Below, one piece after another: positions 39,647 to 49,585 of a stretch of DNA of 64,000 nucleotides. The DNA comes from Nitrosopumilus sp. (lineage in GTDB: Archaea; Thermoproteota; Nitrososphaeria; Nitrososphaerales; Nitrosopumilaceae). A program made the translations under genes and the position numbers. The notes beneath the pieces are model-generated. The model had not been told where the DNA came from, ran no database searches, and saw nothing but the letters and a program-made list of their open reading frames with translations. The stretch covers positions 1,024,001 to 1,088,000 of the forward strand of contig OZ244650.1 in the NCBI GenBank assembly GCA_965218785.1. The letters are read 5' to 3'. Within the stretch, counting starts at the first letter, position 1; every line of letters starts with the position of its first letter.

Positions 39647-40691
39647 TCTTCTTGGCAAAGCGTTCTTGCAGTTTTGTCTTTTTTTCCTTCATGTGAAAGA
39701 TTGATTCTGTATGCTCAAATGCCTCCTGATACGGTTTTTCAAAGAGCATCGCCTGCATCAGCATGTGGTTTTCAGGAATTACAATTCCGGTCTGATCATC
39801 AGAGTACATCATCTGGACCGTATCTCCTATGGATGTCGTCATGTTGGCGTGAATATGGATCATGTTGGTATCTGTAAAATGAAAACCCATGTCTTGGGCG
39901 TATCTCCTGACATCGCCGGTGCCCTTGGCAGTCCATAAGGTTGCCACTCCGAACTCGTTTGTAAAAACGTCGTGGATTTCAGAGGGTTTTGGTGCAGAAT
40001 CCCTGAATCGGACATCCAGGATGTGCAGGTGCATCTGTCTTGTCGGAACTTTGATTGCCCGGACAAAAAGGGGGGTGTCGCCTCCAAGATACGTCTTTAC
40101 GTCGTCCCCGTGATGCGGCTTTTCAGTCATTTCGATGGTGTCTGGGACGGATTTGTCTGTCTGTTCAATGTCTGCCCACCGCCTGATCAGGGTTACATCA
40201 AACCGGACCAGCCGGTCTCCGAATTTTGATCTGAGTGGTTCTAGAATCTTGCCCATTCCAGTTACGTTGCAGCTGCCCTGTATTACATGCCGTCTTCCCA
40301 GTATGTCATCATAGTTTACCCGGGAGTTAAAGAGTATCTCAGAGGCGCCGTCTTTTCCTACAGTCTCCCCGCCCTGGTAAATGGCAGGAATATTTTTTGG
40401 TTCATAGATGTTTTTTTTGTTTTTGTAACCATATCCTGCAGGTGCCGCATCTATTACCATATCACAGTCATCAAGGGCAGATTCGATGGTTCCTGACACA
40501 GGGAAATCCTTGAATTCACCCAGTCTTTGCTCAGGCACGTAGACATCCACCCCCCTGGAGAGTGCAGCGCGTATACCGTCATCCGGAGAGTATTTGCCAA
40601 CCCCGATTAGATTGATCTCGGGATCATCTTTGATAAATGCGGTAATTCTGCTCCCGATGGAGCCATACCCGTTTACAAAGACTTTTTTCAT
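39636..40691 (-). CDS. gap: Type II (archaeal) glyceraldehyde-3-phosphate dehydrogenase
   Basis: VNGYGSIG, QGGE, catalytic SCN, RR.AD, HHG.D and VIPEN. Confidence 0.9.
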   Translation of the reverse strand: MKKVFVNGYGSIGSRITAFIKDDPEINLIGVGKYSPDDGIRAALSRGVDVYVPEQRLGEFKDFPVSGTIESALDDCDMVIDAAPAGYGYKNKKNIYEPKNIPAIYQGGETVGKDGASEILFNSRVNYDDILGRRHVIQGSCNVTGMGKILEPLRSKFGDRLVRFDVTLIRRWADIEQTDKSVPDTIEMTEKPHHGDDVKTYLGGDTPLFVRAIKVPTRQMHLHILDVRFRDSAPKPSEIHDVFTNEFGVATLWTAKGTGDVRRYAQDMGFHFTDTNMIHIHANMTTSIGDTVQMMYSDDQTGIVIPENHMLMQAMLFEKPYQEAFEHTESIFHMKEKKTKLQERFAKKTRS

Positions 40692-40873
40692 ACATACACA
40701 CAGATCATCTTGTTTTTTTAGTTATTGTTGTAGTCGATGCCACGTGACCTTTATGCTGTAAGACTGATGATCTGACATGAACATAATTAAGAGAGAGAAC
40801 TGTAAAACCCGGTTCATAATCTAATCTGAAACCGGCAGATTCAGACACCCCACAAAAGACTAAATGTGCTGGA

Positions 40874-41611
40874 TTGACTCCTTCATTATTGATACACGGT
40901 CCTTCCCTGGGAATAGGCGCCATGATTGCATCTGTAACAATAATCGCAGTATTTTTAGGATTTGACGGAATTTTAAATGAACCAAAACTGATATTGGAAC
41001 CGGAACCAGGTACTGGAGGGAATGAATCACAAAAGATCACGGCTGCCACCTTCCTTGATAACGGCTCGCCTGTCCTCGGGGATCCAGACGCACCGATAAC
41101 CATGGTGGAGTTTGGAGACTATCAATGTCATTTCTGCAATGTGTTCTTTCATGATACGGAGAACCAGATTTTGGAAGAATATGTGAATACTGGAAAAGTA
41201 AAAATGATATTCAAGGATTATAACATAATAGGTCCGGATTCAATCAACGCGTCTCACGGGGCGCACTGTGCAGATGATCAAGGAGCGTTTTGGCAGTATC
41301 ACGATATACTATACTCGAATTGGACGGGTGAAAACAACGGATGGGCATCTTCAGAAAACCTGCTAAAATTTGCGCAGCAGGCAGACCTGGACGTTGATCA
41401 GTGGTCCGAATGCATGGCAGACGGACTGCACTCAAAAACCGTTGTTGCAAGTAACGAGGATGCAAAGTCGCTGGAACTAGGCGGAACCCCCGCGTTTTTT
41501 ATAATAGGTCCGGATGGTGAAACCACGCCGATCTTCGGTGCGCAGCCATTTGAATCGTTTGAGGAGATCTTTGAGATCGAGCTGGAGAAACTGCGATCAG
41601 TTGATGGGTAA
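40874..41611 (+). CDS. Membrane-anchored DsbA-family thiol-disulfide oxidoreductase
   Basis: GDPDAPITMVEFGDYQCHFC, GTPAF and GAQP. Confidence 0.9.
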   Translation: MTPSLLIHGPSLGIGAMIASVTIIAVFLGFDGILNEPKLILEPEPGTGGNESQKITAATFLDNGSPVLGDPDAPITMVEFGDYQCHFCNVFFHDTENQILEEYVNTGKVKMIFKDYNIIGPDSINASHGAHCADDQGAFWQYHDILYSNWTGENNGWASSENLLKFAQQADLDVDQWSECMADGLHSKTVVASNEDAKSLELGGTPAFFIIGPDGETTPIFGAQPFESFEEIFEIELEKLRSVDG

Positions 41612-41694
41612 TAAGGCAAAAAACCATAAAACATCCCTCTAGCTAGCTAGAATTTACACAATATCCTTATTAGTGAATTATCGGAGCCAAGCTT

Positions 41695-43088
41695 ATGACG
41701 GCAGGAATAGATGACATTGCAATATACATCCCACGGTTATACATTGATGCGACTGATTTTGCGGCAGCAAGGGGGTTAGACCCGGTAAAATTACAAAAGG
41801 GTCTTGGCATATCGCAGATGGCAATGGTGGATGCCAACCAGGATCCCGCATGCCTTGCATCCAACGCCTGTCTGAAAATCATGCAGAAAAACAGGCTGTC
41901 TCCAGAAGACATTGGGAGGCTGTATGTTTCAACAGAATCATCCTTTGATGAATCAAAGGCGATGAACTCCTACGTAATCGGAATGCTAGAGCAGGTGTAT
42001 GGTCAGGGTGCCTTTGAGCATTGTGGCGGGATTGAGACCAAGTTTGCCTGCGTCAGCGGCTCGTATGCGTTGTATGACAATACAAACTGGATTCGGGCAG
42101 GAGAGGCAGAGGGGAAATACGCACTCGTAGTGGTATCAGATATTGCAAAATATGACATGGGTTCCAGCGGTGAATGACTCAGGGTGCGGGCTCTGTAGTG
42201 ATGCTTCTTAATGATACGCCAAGACTGCTGACATTTGATCCCAAGGTCACATCCACGTCAATCAAGGACGAATACGACTTTTACAGGCCATTTGGAAAAG
42301 AGACGCCGATTGTTCACGGCCAGTACTCCACACTGCTTTACATGATTCAGGTAAGAAAGGCGCTAGAGGCGTACAAGAAAAAGGTAATCTCAACAAGGCT
42401 GATCAACATAGAGCCAGGTGAGACGATACTGGATTCACATGGATTACATCAACATGCACCTGCCGTACAGCAACATGGGGACAAAGGCTCTGGCATACCT
42501 GGTCAGACATGAATGGCGCCAGCTTCCGCGCTGGAAGAAGGTCCTGCAGCAGATAGGTCTCGAGGAACCGGTGCCAAAAGATCGCGCGGAACGATCGAGT
42601 CGGTACTAAGTGACGAGGTGTTCATGACAAAAGACCACGAGTTTACCAAATTATTCTCAAAAACACCAGAGTTTCAGGAGATCTTTGAATCAAAACTAGA
42701 GAGCTCGCTTGTCGCATCCAGCATGATTGGAAACTTGTATACTGCGTCGCTGTATCTGGGATTTAGAAGCAGTCTGGAATTTGAATTTCAAAAAGGGATT
42801 GACCTGGAAGGCAAGCGCGTGGGATTCGGATCATACGGCAGTGGAAGCAGCGCGATGGTCTTTAGCGGGGTAATCCAGCCCGAGTATAAACAAGTGGTAA
42901 AGAACATGAATCTAGAGGCGGAAATTCACAACAGAAAAAGGCTTACCTGGGATGAATATGAGAAACTGCATGAAAACAAGCTGTCCCCCGAGGAGTCAAT
43001 GGTTCATACAAAAAAGGAGTTCGTCCTAATTGATGTAAAGACTGAAACAGAGACCAGGGGCGAGAGACGCTACGTCTTTAATGAGTGA
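41695..43088 (+). CDS. Hydroxymethylglutaryl-CoA synthase, split by 3 frameshifts
   Basis: GIDDIAIY.P, TESSFDESK, KFACVSG, TQGAG, DFYRP, HLPY, GNLYTAS and SYGSG; frame changes near 42174, 42436 and 42583. Confidence 0.88.
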
Positions 43089-43635
43089 TGGACCAACAGC
43101 CAAACCCCGTCAAGGACTGCCTGTTTGAGTATGTCAAAAATTCACAGATTATACCAAAGTTGATCTCTGAGAAAAAATTTGATCAGATAGCAGACGAGGT
43201 CATCCAAAACTGTATGATGTTGCCATCACCATGGGGGAAAAAGAGGAGGTTGTAGCAGATATTGCTACAGGGCTGTTACATTACCTGCTGACTAGTTCCC
43301 TGATTACCAGTCAGAGAAAGACAGAGCTTCGCGGGATCGAACTGGATATTGTAATACCTGATATTAAAACACTGGAAAAAGATCCAAAAAAGGCGCTGGT
43401 AATCTGCATTATGAGAACCGCGGAACATGAGGCAGTCAACGCAAAGATATCAGAACTTGAAACGATTCAGCCAGAGAAAAACAACATCTGGCTGGTGCTA
43501 TCTGAGGATGTCCCGACTGACAAAAGATCGTTTGTACTCTCAAAAGAAGGCGGTTCGTTCTCTAGGATCATATTTGAGATTGCACAGTTTTGCAATATCT
43601 CAGGTGCGGGTAAATTCAAGATACTGCGTATATAG
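43088..43635 (+). CDS. Hypothetical protein (one frameshift near 43213)
   Basis: MDQQPNPVKD... joins the 43231 ORF if a single base is restored. Confidence 0.6.
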
Positions 43636-44054
43636 GATGACGTGTCTGATAATTGAATTTAATTGTGTTTTTGGCGATTTCTCTAACAAAATAATGGTTT
43701 TTCTGTTTTCAAGTGAATGATTATGAGGATCTATTCAAAAAAACCGTGCTTTTGATAAACCATCTGATGTAATATTTAGATCATATCTCTTTACCGGATG
43801 TTTTTGAGCATGTCTCCTTGTCAATTTTTTAACATTATCACGAGAGTAGCAAATGATCTTTGATTTGACCTTCCGGCACGACATTAACAGAATAATTACG
43901 ATTCTGCTAAACGATCAACGTGGGCAAGACTAAATCTTCAGATAAATCAAACAATATCCAATATCAGACACGTTCAGATTATGTTTTTTTATGATAACAA
44001 AGTCATGAGTAATAAAGCTAATATTATTAAAATTATGGTCATATTAGACATATT

Positions 44055-44549
44055 ATGGTCACAAAAAGTTTTAGCGTAAAATTAAGTCGCATACGAAACA
44101 AAAAAGACAGTGAATATTTTGCATATAGAATTAACATTCCAAAAACAGTTGCAGATGAGCTTGAACTAGAAGATAAGGATCGAGTGTTTTGCAAAATACA
44201 GAAAGCAGAATGGTATCACACGCTGGATTGGTCTACAATGGAAAAAACATGGGATGGACTGCCTTCAAATATACAGCAACAGATTCAGGAGGGTGGTTTT
44301 GCTTGTAGGAAACGAATTTACATGTTCACAAAAATGCAGGTATTTCTGCAGGAACTAGTTTTATCTCACAGGAAAACAAAACAGATATCCAAAATTTTCA
44401 GAATAGGGGAGCTGGATAAAATAACCATTCAAGTTAAACATACGCCAAAAAATACTAAGTTTATGCGTAGCTGCCCCAACTCCAAAGTAACTAACACATG
44501 GGCAAGTTTTTCAGATCATACAGATCTAAAAGCAAGGTTAGCATCATAA
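44055..44549 (+). CDS. AbrB/MazE-like DNA-binding protein (C-terminal part probably frameshifted or fused)
   Basis: YRINIPKTVADELELEDKDRV swapped-hairpin pattern. Confidence 0.55.
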   Translation: MVTKSFSVKLSRIRNKKDSEYFAYRINIPKTVADELELEDKDRVFCKIQKAEWYHTLDWSTMEKTWDGLPSNIQQQIQEGGFACRKRIYMFTKMQVFLQELVLSHRKTKQISKIFRIGELDKITIQVKHTPKNTKFMRSCPNSKVTNTWASFSDHTDLKARLAS

Positions 44550-44814
44550 AAAAATAGACAAGGATGAGATCATACGTGAACTCTCAGGTTTTAACTTTCA
44601 GGTTCATATCTCATCCCCAAGACTCGTGTCATAACGACTCATCTCCAAGGCTCATCATAGTTTGTCAGTTTTGTAAACTCTAGAATCCCCAAAACTCTAG
44701 ATCCCTGTAAACTTTGTTAGTTCTTCAGATCTTTAGCTAGACACGCATAAATTCTAATCACTACGAATATGAAAGTTTGAAAAGGTTAATTATTCTAAAG
44801 ACATTGTTTTATTT

Positions 44815-46323
44815 ATGGAATATGATTTAGAGACCCCCAAAGTTATAGGAGATCCGGTTCATGGATACATCAAACTTACAGATTTAGAATATGATCTTCT
44901 TCAGCTTCCCACCATGAATCGACTACATCACGTAAGACAAACCGCAGTGGCATATTTGGCATTTCCAGGTTCAGTCACCACCAGATTTAGTCATGTAGTG
45001 GGGGCATTACATGTGGGGGGAAGGATGATTGAAATAATTTTAGACAAATTAAAAAAGACCGATTTTGATGTGTTATTTCCAAATTTAACATCACCGGAAT
45101 TTTTAATAAAATCCATAAGATTGGCATGTTTGTTTCACGATATAGGACATGGTCCTTTTTCTCATTCGGGAGAAAAAGCCATGCTAAAAGTTATGGAGAA
45201 CTATCATTCTGATGAGATTGAGGAAGCCAAACAACTTTTTAATGAAGATGACAAAAACAAAATTCCCGTACACGAATACTATACTTACAAACTAATTAAA
45301 AATGGAGAAATCAGTGAAGAGATTTTATCTCATGAAGGTAAAGAATTACGTGATTTTGTTGCAGATTTGGTAGTAAAATCAGAAGCAAGTAAAATTTCAA
45401 AAGACAATAAAAAAGGGTACCGTATTGTTCGAAAAATCGTATCCGGTCAACTTGATGCAGACAGAATGGATTATCTACTAAGAGACAGTATGATGTCTGG
45501 CGTTCAATTCGGTCAAGTAGACATAGACAGGATTATTCAAAACATGGAGATTGTTAAAAATCGTGGCGGCAGATATCAATTAGCGTTTCACGAACGGGCT
45601 TTGGGAAATATTGAGGAAATGCTAGATGCCAGATTTAAAATGTATAGATATTTTTACAGTCATCACACGGTTGTTGCAACAAACGAACTGCTACGATTTG
45701 CAATTGATGTTTTAATTAATGAGAGTCAGAAAATTGCAGAACTTTTTCATTGGAAATCATATGGTTTGGGGTACTCAACAGACGTACATATTTTAGATTT
45801 GTTACAAGAACGAAAAGACAAGGATGATTTCATCAAGGTAAAAGGACTTTTAGATAGACGATTTTTGCCAATTTCAATTTTCAAATCAAACCTGGATTTG
45901 GGACGTTTTATCAATGAAATTAAAGAATTAAGCAGCATATCTATGACAGATGAAACCATGAATGAGAGCATCGTATCTTTTTTCAAAAATGCCAATGGCG
46001 AAGACAAAATCAAAACAGAACTTGAGAAAAAACCTAACATAGCAAACTGTGAAATATTTCAATCTACAGTCATCCTGAAACCATATAGTCCTTTTTCATC
46101 CCAAGATCGTGTGTATCTATTTCGGGCAAATGAAGAAAAACTTTGTGAGCTTTATGCAGTATCATCATATTTCCAAAAAATAAATGTAGAGTGGACAAAA
46201 ATTAAAAGGTTGTATCTCTTTTGTTTAATTCCCGGTAAAACAAAAAAAGAATTCAAATCGATTAAAGAAGAAATTAGGGGTATTTTGGCAACTGAAATTG
46301 CAAATTATGTGAATTCGGAATAA
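44815..46323 (+). CDS. HD-domain dNTP triphosphohydrolase-like protein (SAMHD1/dGTPase superfamily)
   Basis: DPVHGYI, RL..VRQ, FPG...TRFSH..G, FHDIGHGPFSH, HE, LDADRMDYLLRDS and R..MY...Y.H. Confidence 0.9.
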   Translation: MEYDLETPKVIGDPVHGYIKLTDLEYDLLQLPTMNRLHHVRQTAVAYLAFPGSVTTRFSHVVGALHVGGRMIEIILDKLKKTDFDVLFPNLTSPEFLIKSIRLACLFHDIGHGPFSHSGEKAMLKVMENYHSDEIEEAKQLFNEDDKNKIPVHEYYTYKLIKNGEISEEILSHEGKELRDFVADLVVKSEASKISKDNKKGYRIVRKIVSGQLDADRMDYLLRDSMMSGVQFGQVDIDRIIQNMEIVKNRGGRYQLAFHERALGNIEEMLDARFKMYRYFYSHHTVVATNELLRFAIDVLINESQKIAELFHWKSYGLGYSTDVHILDLLQERKDKDDFIKVKGLLDRRFLPISIFKSNLDLGRFINEIKELSSISMTDETMNESIVSFFKNANGEDKIKTELEKKPNIANCEIFQSTVILKPYSPFSSQDRVYLFRANEEKLCELYAVSSYFQKINVEWTKIKRLYLFCLIPGKTKKEFKSIKEEIRGILATEIANYVNSE

Positions 46324-46434
46324 TTAATTTTCTTCCTCTTCTTCATCATCAGCGTTTCTGATTCTTTTGGCATATTCAAATGCCTCCTTTGGGATGGAAA
46401 TTTCAACATCCGGTCTGAAAGTAACTTTGGCCAT
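46324..46434 (-). CDS. 36-aa acidic-tailed micropeptide, copy 1
   Basis: MAKVTFRPDVEISIPKEAFEYAKRIRNADDEEEEEN; CTTATTAC box 22-29 bp upstream; abuts the HD gene stop. Confidence 0.65.
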   Translation of the reverse strand: MAKVTFRPDVEISIPKEAFEYAKRIRNADDEEEEEN

Positions 46435-46616
46435 GTGATTAAATGATAAAACAGAGTAATAAGAATATTGTTAAGAAAACTAGATTCACCAGAACATAAA
46501 ATTTTAACCAAGATGAGGTTTTAAACAGGGGTTTATGCGTATCCGTGTGCGATCTTGATAAATATTTCATGCGATATCAGGCATCTGAAATTGCAAATTA
46601 TGTGAATTTGGAATAA

Positions 46617-46727
46617 TTAATCTTCTTCCTCTTCCTCATCATCAGCGCTTCTGATTCTTTGGGCAGGTTCGAATGCAGCCTTTGGGATGGAAATTTCAAC
46701 ATCCGGTCTGAAAGTAACTTTGGCCAT
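46617..46727 (-). CDS. 36-aa acidic-tailed micropeptide, copy 2
   Basis: MAKVTFRPDVEISIPKAAFEPAQRIRSADDEEEEED; frame and stop preserved despite 9 substitutions. Confidence 0.65.
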   Translation of the reverse strand: MAKVTFRPDVEISIPKAAFEPAQRIRSADDEEEEED

Positions 46728-46951
46728 GTGATTAAATGATAAAACAGAGTAATAAGAATATTGTTAAGAAAACTAGATTCACCAGAACATAAAATTTTAA
46801 CCAAGATGAGGTTTTAAACAGGGGTTTATGCGTATCCATGTGCGATCTTGATAAATATTTCATGCCATATCAGAACATAGAGTATTCCTGCGTTAGAAAT
46901 GTACTGCAAGCCAAAAGATGAAATCAGATACGTATCCATTCTGGACTCTTC

Positions 46952-47360
46952 TGGAGTGGACCCCTCTAAATGAGACCGCTTTGCATGTTTTTACGGTTAC
47001 CATTATTTATTTCTCATCCCCACTGATAAGAATTCCTCAGGAGTCATACCCCAATGCAGAATGAATCTGGAGTGGTTGAATCCCTGCATGTATCTGCAAC
47101 GACTGCCTCGGCATCCTGATAACTTGCAAATTCGTGCGGTCACAAATACTCTTTTTTGAGCGTCATGTGGAACGGTTCTACATTACGTTCTGCTCTGGTG
47201 TGTGATATCTTATGAACTCTGTTTTGCACCAAGAGATATGATTGCGTTCTACGTTCTGATGAGAGCTGGTTGCCGTTGTATTCCCAGATGAACAGTTGGA
47301 TAACGGTGAGCAAGACGTTGAAAAACAACTGCAGCATCTGTCTGCCATTACACCAAAGAA
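46952..47360 (-). mobile_element. Truncated IS3-family element (degenerate DDE transposase 3' end plus terminal inverted repeat)
   Basis: Decayed rve motifs NG.Q, VEPFHMTLKKEYL*PHEFASYQDAE, FNHSR and MTPEEF; IS3-like end TGGAGTGGACCCCTCTAAATGAGACC at 46952. Confidence 0.75.
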
Positions 47361-47367
47361 ATAAGAG

Positions 47368-48057
47368 TCATTTTAGGAGCGGCTTTAAATCAATATTTTT
47401 CTTAAAGATTCCAGACAGTGACGAGTCACCCACGTCCTTGATAAACGGGATGGAACCCAGCACCCGGACCCCGGTAAGACGTTGCAGATCCCGCTTGAGT
47501 TCTTTTACGGGGTATCCCTTTTCAAAATTATTAATAATTATTCCCTTGATTGGAATCCTGTATCTCTCACACATCCTTACTGTCATTACGGTGTGGTTGA
47601 TTGTTCCGATCCTGCTTTTACTCACAATTACTGCGGGAATCCTCATGTCCCGGATTAAATCCGCAACAAAGTACTCCCTGAGAATCGGAGTCATGACCCC
47701 GCCCATCCCCTCCACAAGCAGCATGTCATGAAGGGCAGATAATTTTTTAAAGGCAGAGAGTACTGCGGGAATGCTCGGTTTGATCCTCAGATTCTTCCAT
47801 GCAGTATATGGGGATGCCGAAATTGGGAAGAACTGGGGGTTTACCAGGCATTCAGGATCACTAGTTTGCACTGCACGGGACAGTATCTGGACATCCCCTG
47901 ATTTGTAACCCCGCTTCTTGGGGGTGCCTGCTGCAAACGGCTTCATCACACCGACGTTTATTCCCGTTTCCCGAAGGGTCATGCCCAGTCCTGCAGCGAC
48001 GTATGTCTTTCCAACATCGGTATCTGTTCCCGTAATAAAGAGCGACTTTGACAACAA
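47368..48057 (-). CDS. bioD: Dethiobiotin synthase
   Basis: FITGTDTDVGKT, VEGMGG and GTINHT. Confidence 0.95.
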   Translation of the reverse strand: MLSKSLFITGTDTDVGKTYVAAGLGMTLRETGINVGVMKPFAAGTPKKRGYKSGDVQILSRAVQTSDPECLVNPQFFPISASPYTAWKNLRIKPSIPAVLSAFKKLSALHDMLLVEGMGGVMTPILREYFVADLIRDMRIPAVIVSKSRIGTINHTVMTVRMCERYRIPIKGIIINNFEKGYPVKELKRDLQRLTGVRVLGSIPFIKDVGDSSLSGIFKKNIDLKPLLK

Positions 48058-48126
48058 GATAGATTCGTGTGATCCCTTGATTAATTCATCGGTTAATTAT
48101 TAAGAACACAAGACGTACGAAATTAG

Positions 48127-49443
48127 TTGAAAAGCTCAGTCTGGCACCCAAATACCCAGATGAGGGAGTGGGCATCCTTTGATAAAATTATCCGCGGCAG
48201 GGGCATGTGGCTGATTGACTCCAGGGGCAACAGGATGCTTGATGGCGTGGCATCAATGTGGTGCAACGTATGGGGGCACTCAAACCGGCAGCTGGTAAAG
48301 GCCATGACAGGGCAGTGCCGCAATCTGCAGCATTCATCCATGTTCAACCTTACACACGAGCCTGCCGAAAGACTTGCAAAAAGCCTTGTAAGGATATCGC
48401 CAGGAATGCACAGGGTGTTTTATTCAGATAACGGATCATCTGCAATGGAGATTGCAATCAAGATGTCCCTGCAATACTGGAGGAACATCGGGGAGAAGGA
48501 CAAGACGAAAATTGCAACAATAAAAAACGGGTATCACGGGGACACGTTTGGGGCAATGTCAGTGGGATATGTCCCTGAATTTTTTGGCAAGTTTAAAAAA
48601 CAGCTCTTTCCTACGATTCAGTTTCCAACTCCAAACAGGTACCGGACTCCCCGCGGATTTACAGATCGTGACTATGAAAACCACTGTCTGGAGACAATTG
48701 AGAAGAGGCTATCAAGAGACGGCAGCATCGCGGCGTTTGTCATGGAAAGCGGGGCACAGGTTGCAGGAGGGGTGATAATCCACCCAAAGGGATTTCAAAA
48801 AAAAATACGCCGGCTCTGCAGACAGTACGGCGTGCTGTTTGTCCTAGATGAGATTGCAACGGGTTTTGGACGGCTTGGATCCATGATACAGTACGATGAA
48901 CAGCAAAGTATTCCAGATATCGTATCATATGGAAAGATGCTGACTGGCGGGTATCTTACGATGGCAGCAACCCTGACAACCAAAAAGATCTATGATTCAT
49001 TTCTGGGGGAATACAATGATGATAAACACCTCTTTCACGGCCACACATACACTGGGAATCCTCTTGCCTCAGCAGTTGCAAATGAGAATCTTAGTATGTA
49101 TCAAAAAAACAACTTGATCAAAAAAATTCAGAGGACATCAAAGGTTTTCAAAGAGTCCTACGACAAGTTCTCAGGGATTGACATCGTGGGGGACATCCGG
49201 CACAAGGGGATGCTCATGGGGATAGAACTGGTATCAGACAAGCAGAAAAAAACACCCGTTCATCCCAGAAGATCAATCAACAAGATATTCTTTGAGGAGG
49301 GCAAAAAGCAGGGAATCTACCTCCGCACCCTTGGCAACATGGTGATGCTTGTTCCGCCCCTGGCAATCTCAGAAAAAGAACTGGGCATGCTTTTAAACAG
49401 GACAGTCCGCACCATCAAAGCCGCAAGATCACGGCTGGTTTGA
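48127..49443 (+). CDS. bioA: DAPA aminotransferase
   Basis: VWHP.TQM, SMWCNVWGH, YHGDT.GAMS, DEIATGFGR, GKMLTGG and HGHTYTGNP. Confidence 0.95.
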   Translation: MKSSVWHPNTQMREWASFDKIIRGRGMWLIDSRGNRMLDGVASMWCNVWGHSNRQLVKAMTGQCRNLQHSSMFNLTHEPAERLAKSLVRISPGMHRVFYSDNGSSAMEIAIKMSLQYWRNIGEKDKTKIATIKNGYHGDTFGAMSVGYVPEFFGKFKKQLFPTIQFPTPNRYRTPRGFTDRDYENHCLETIEKRLSRDGSIAAFVMESGAQVAGGVIIHPKGFQKKIRRLCRQYGVLFVLDEIATGFGRLGSMIQYDEQQSIPDIVSYGKMLTGGYLTMAATLTTKKIYDSFLGEYNDDKHLFHGHTYTGNPLASAVANENLSMYQKNNLIKKIQRTSKVFKESYDKFSGIDIVGDIRHKGMLMGIELVSDKQKKTPVHPRRSINKIFFEEGKKQGIYLRTLGNMVMLVPPLAISEKELGMLLNRTVRTIKAARSRLV

Positions 49444-49457
49444 CATCCATCAGGGCT

Positions 49458-49490
49458 GGCAGATTCTAGTAATCTGATCACCAAAATGCA
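49458..49490 (+). repeat. Dispersed intergenic repeat, copy C
   Basis: ggcagattctagtaatctgatcaccaaaatgca shares atctgatcaccaaaatgca exactly with copy B. Confidence 0.7.
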
Positions 49491-49585
49491 AGTCCGATTC
49501 ATTATTTGCAATCACTACAGATCAGTTTTTCTGAAATAGCTGTGATGTCATGCAAAAGGCATGTAATGTATAATAAAAAAGAGAT

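Larger units (their letters stand above)
46292..46873. repeat. 293-bp tandem duplication (copies at about 46292-46580 and 46585-46873)
   Basis: Direct alignment shows about 12 substitutions and no indels. Confidence 0.95.
43650..47360. mobile_element. AT-rich accessory island (AbrB-like gene, HD dNTPase-like gene, duplicated micropeptides, IS3 remnant)
   Basis: Visibly more AT-rich than flanking genes; interrupts housekeeping genes; ends in a transposase remnant. Confidence 0.55.

Noticed and set aside
41695-43088. Programmed frameshifting or true pseudogenisation of HMG-CoA synthase
   Set aside because: There are three homopolymer-type indels without slippery sites, and unrelated neighbouring genes show the same pattern.
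43650-43990. Possible minus-strand gene fragment
   Set aside because: Only short open stretches are present, with no recognisable motif, so it is too weak to call.
46305-46804. The two 68-aa minus-strand ORFs in the track
   Set aside because: They are an alternative frame with a non-ATG start. The 36-aa ATG frame has a properly spaced TATA box and stops flush with the HD gene.
46292-46873. Diversity-generating retroelement TR/VR pair
   Set aside because: The differences are not restricted to adenines (6 of 9 in the ORF), both copies are complete genes with promoters, and no reverse transcriptase is in the window.
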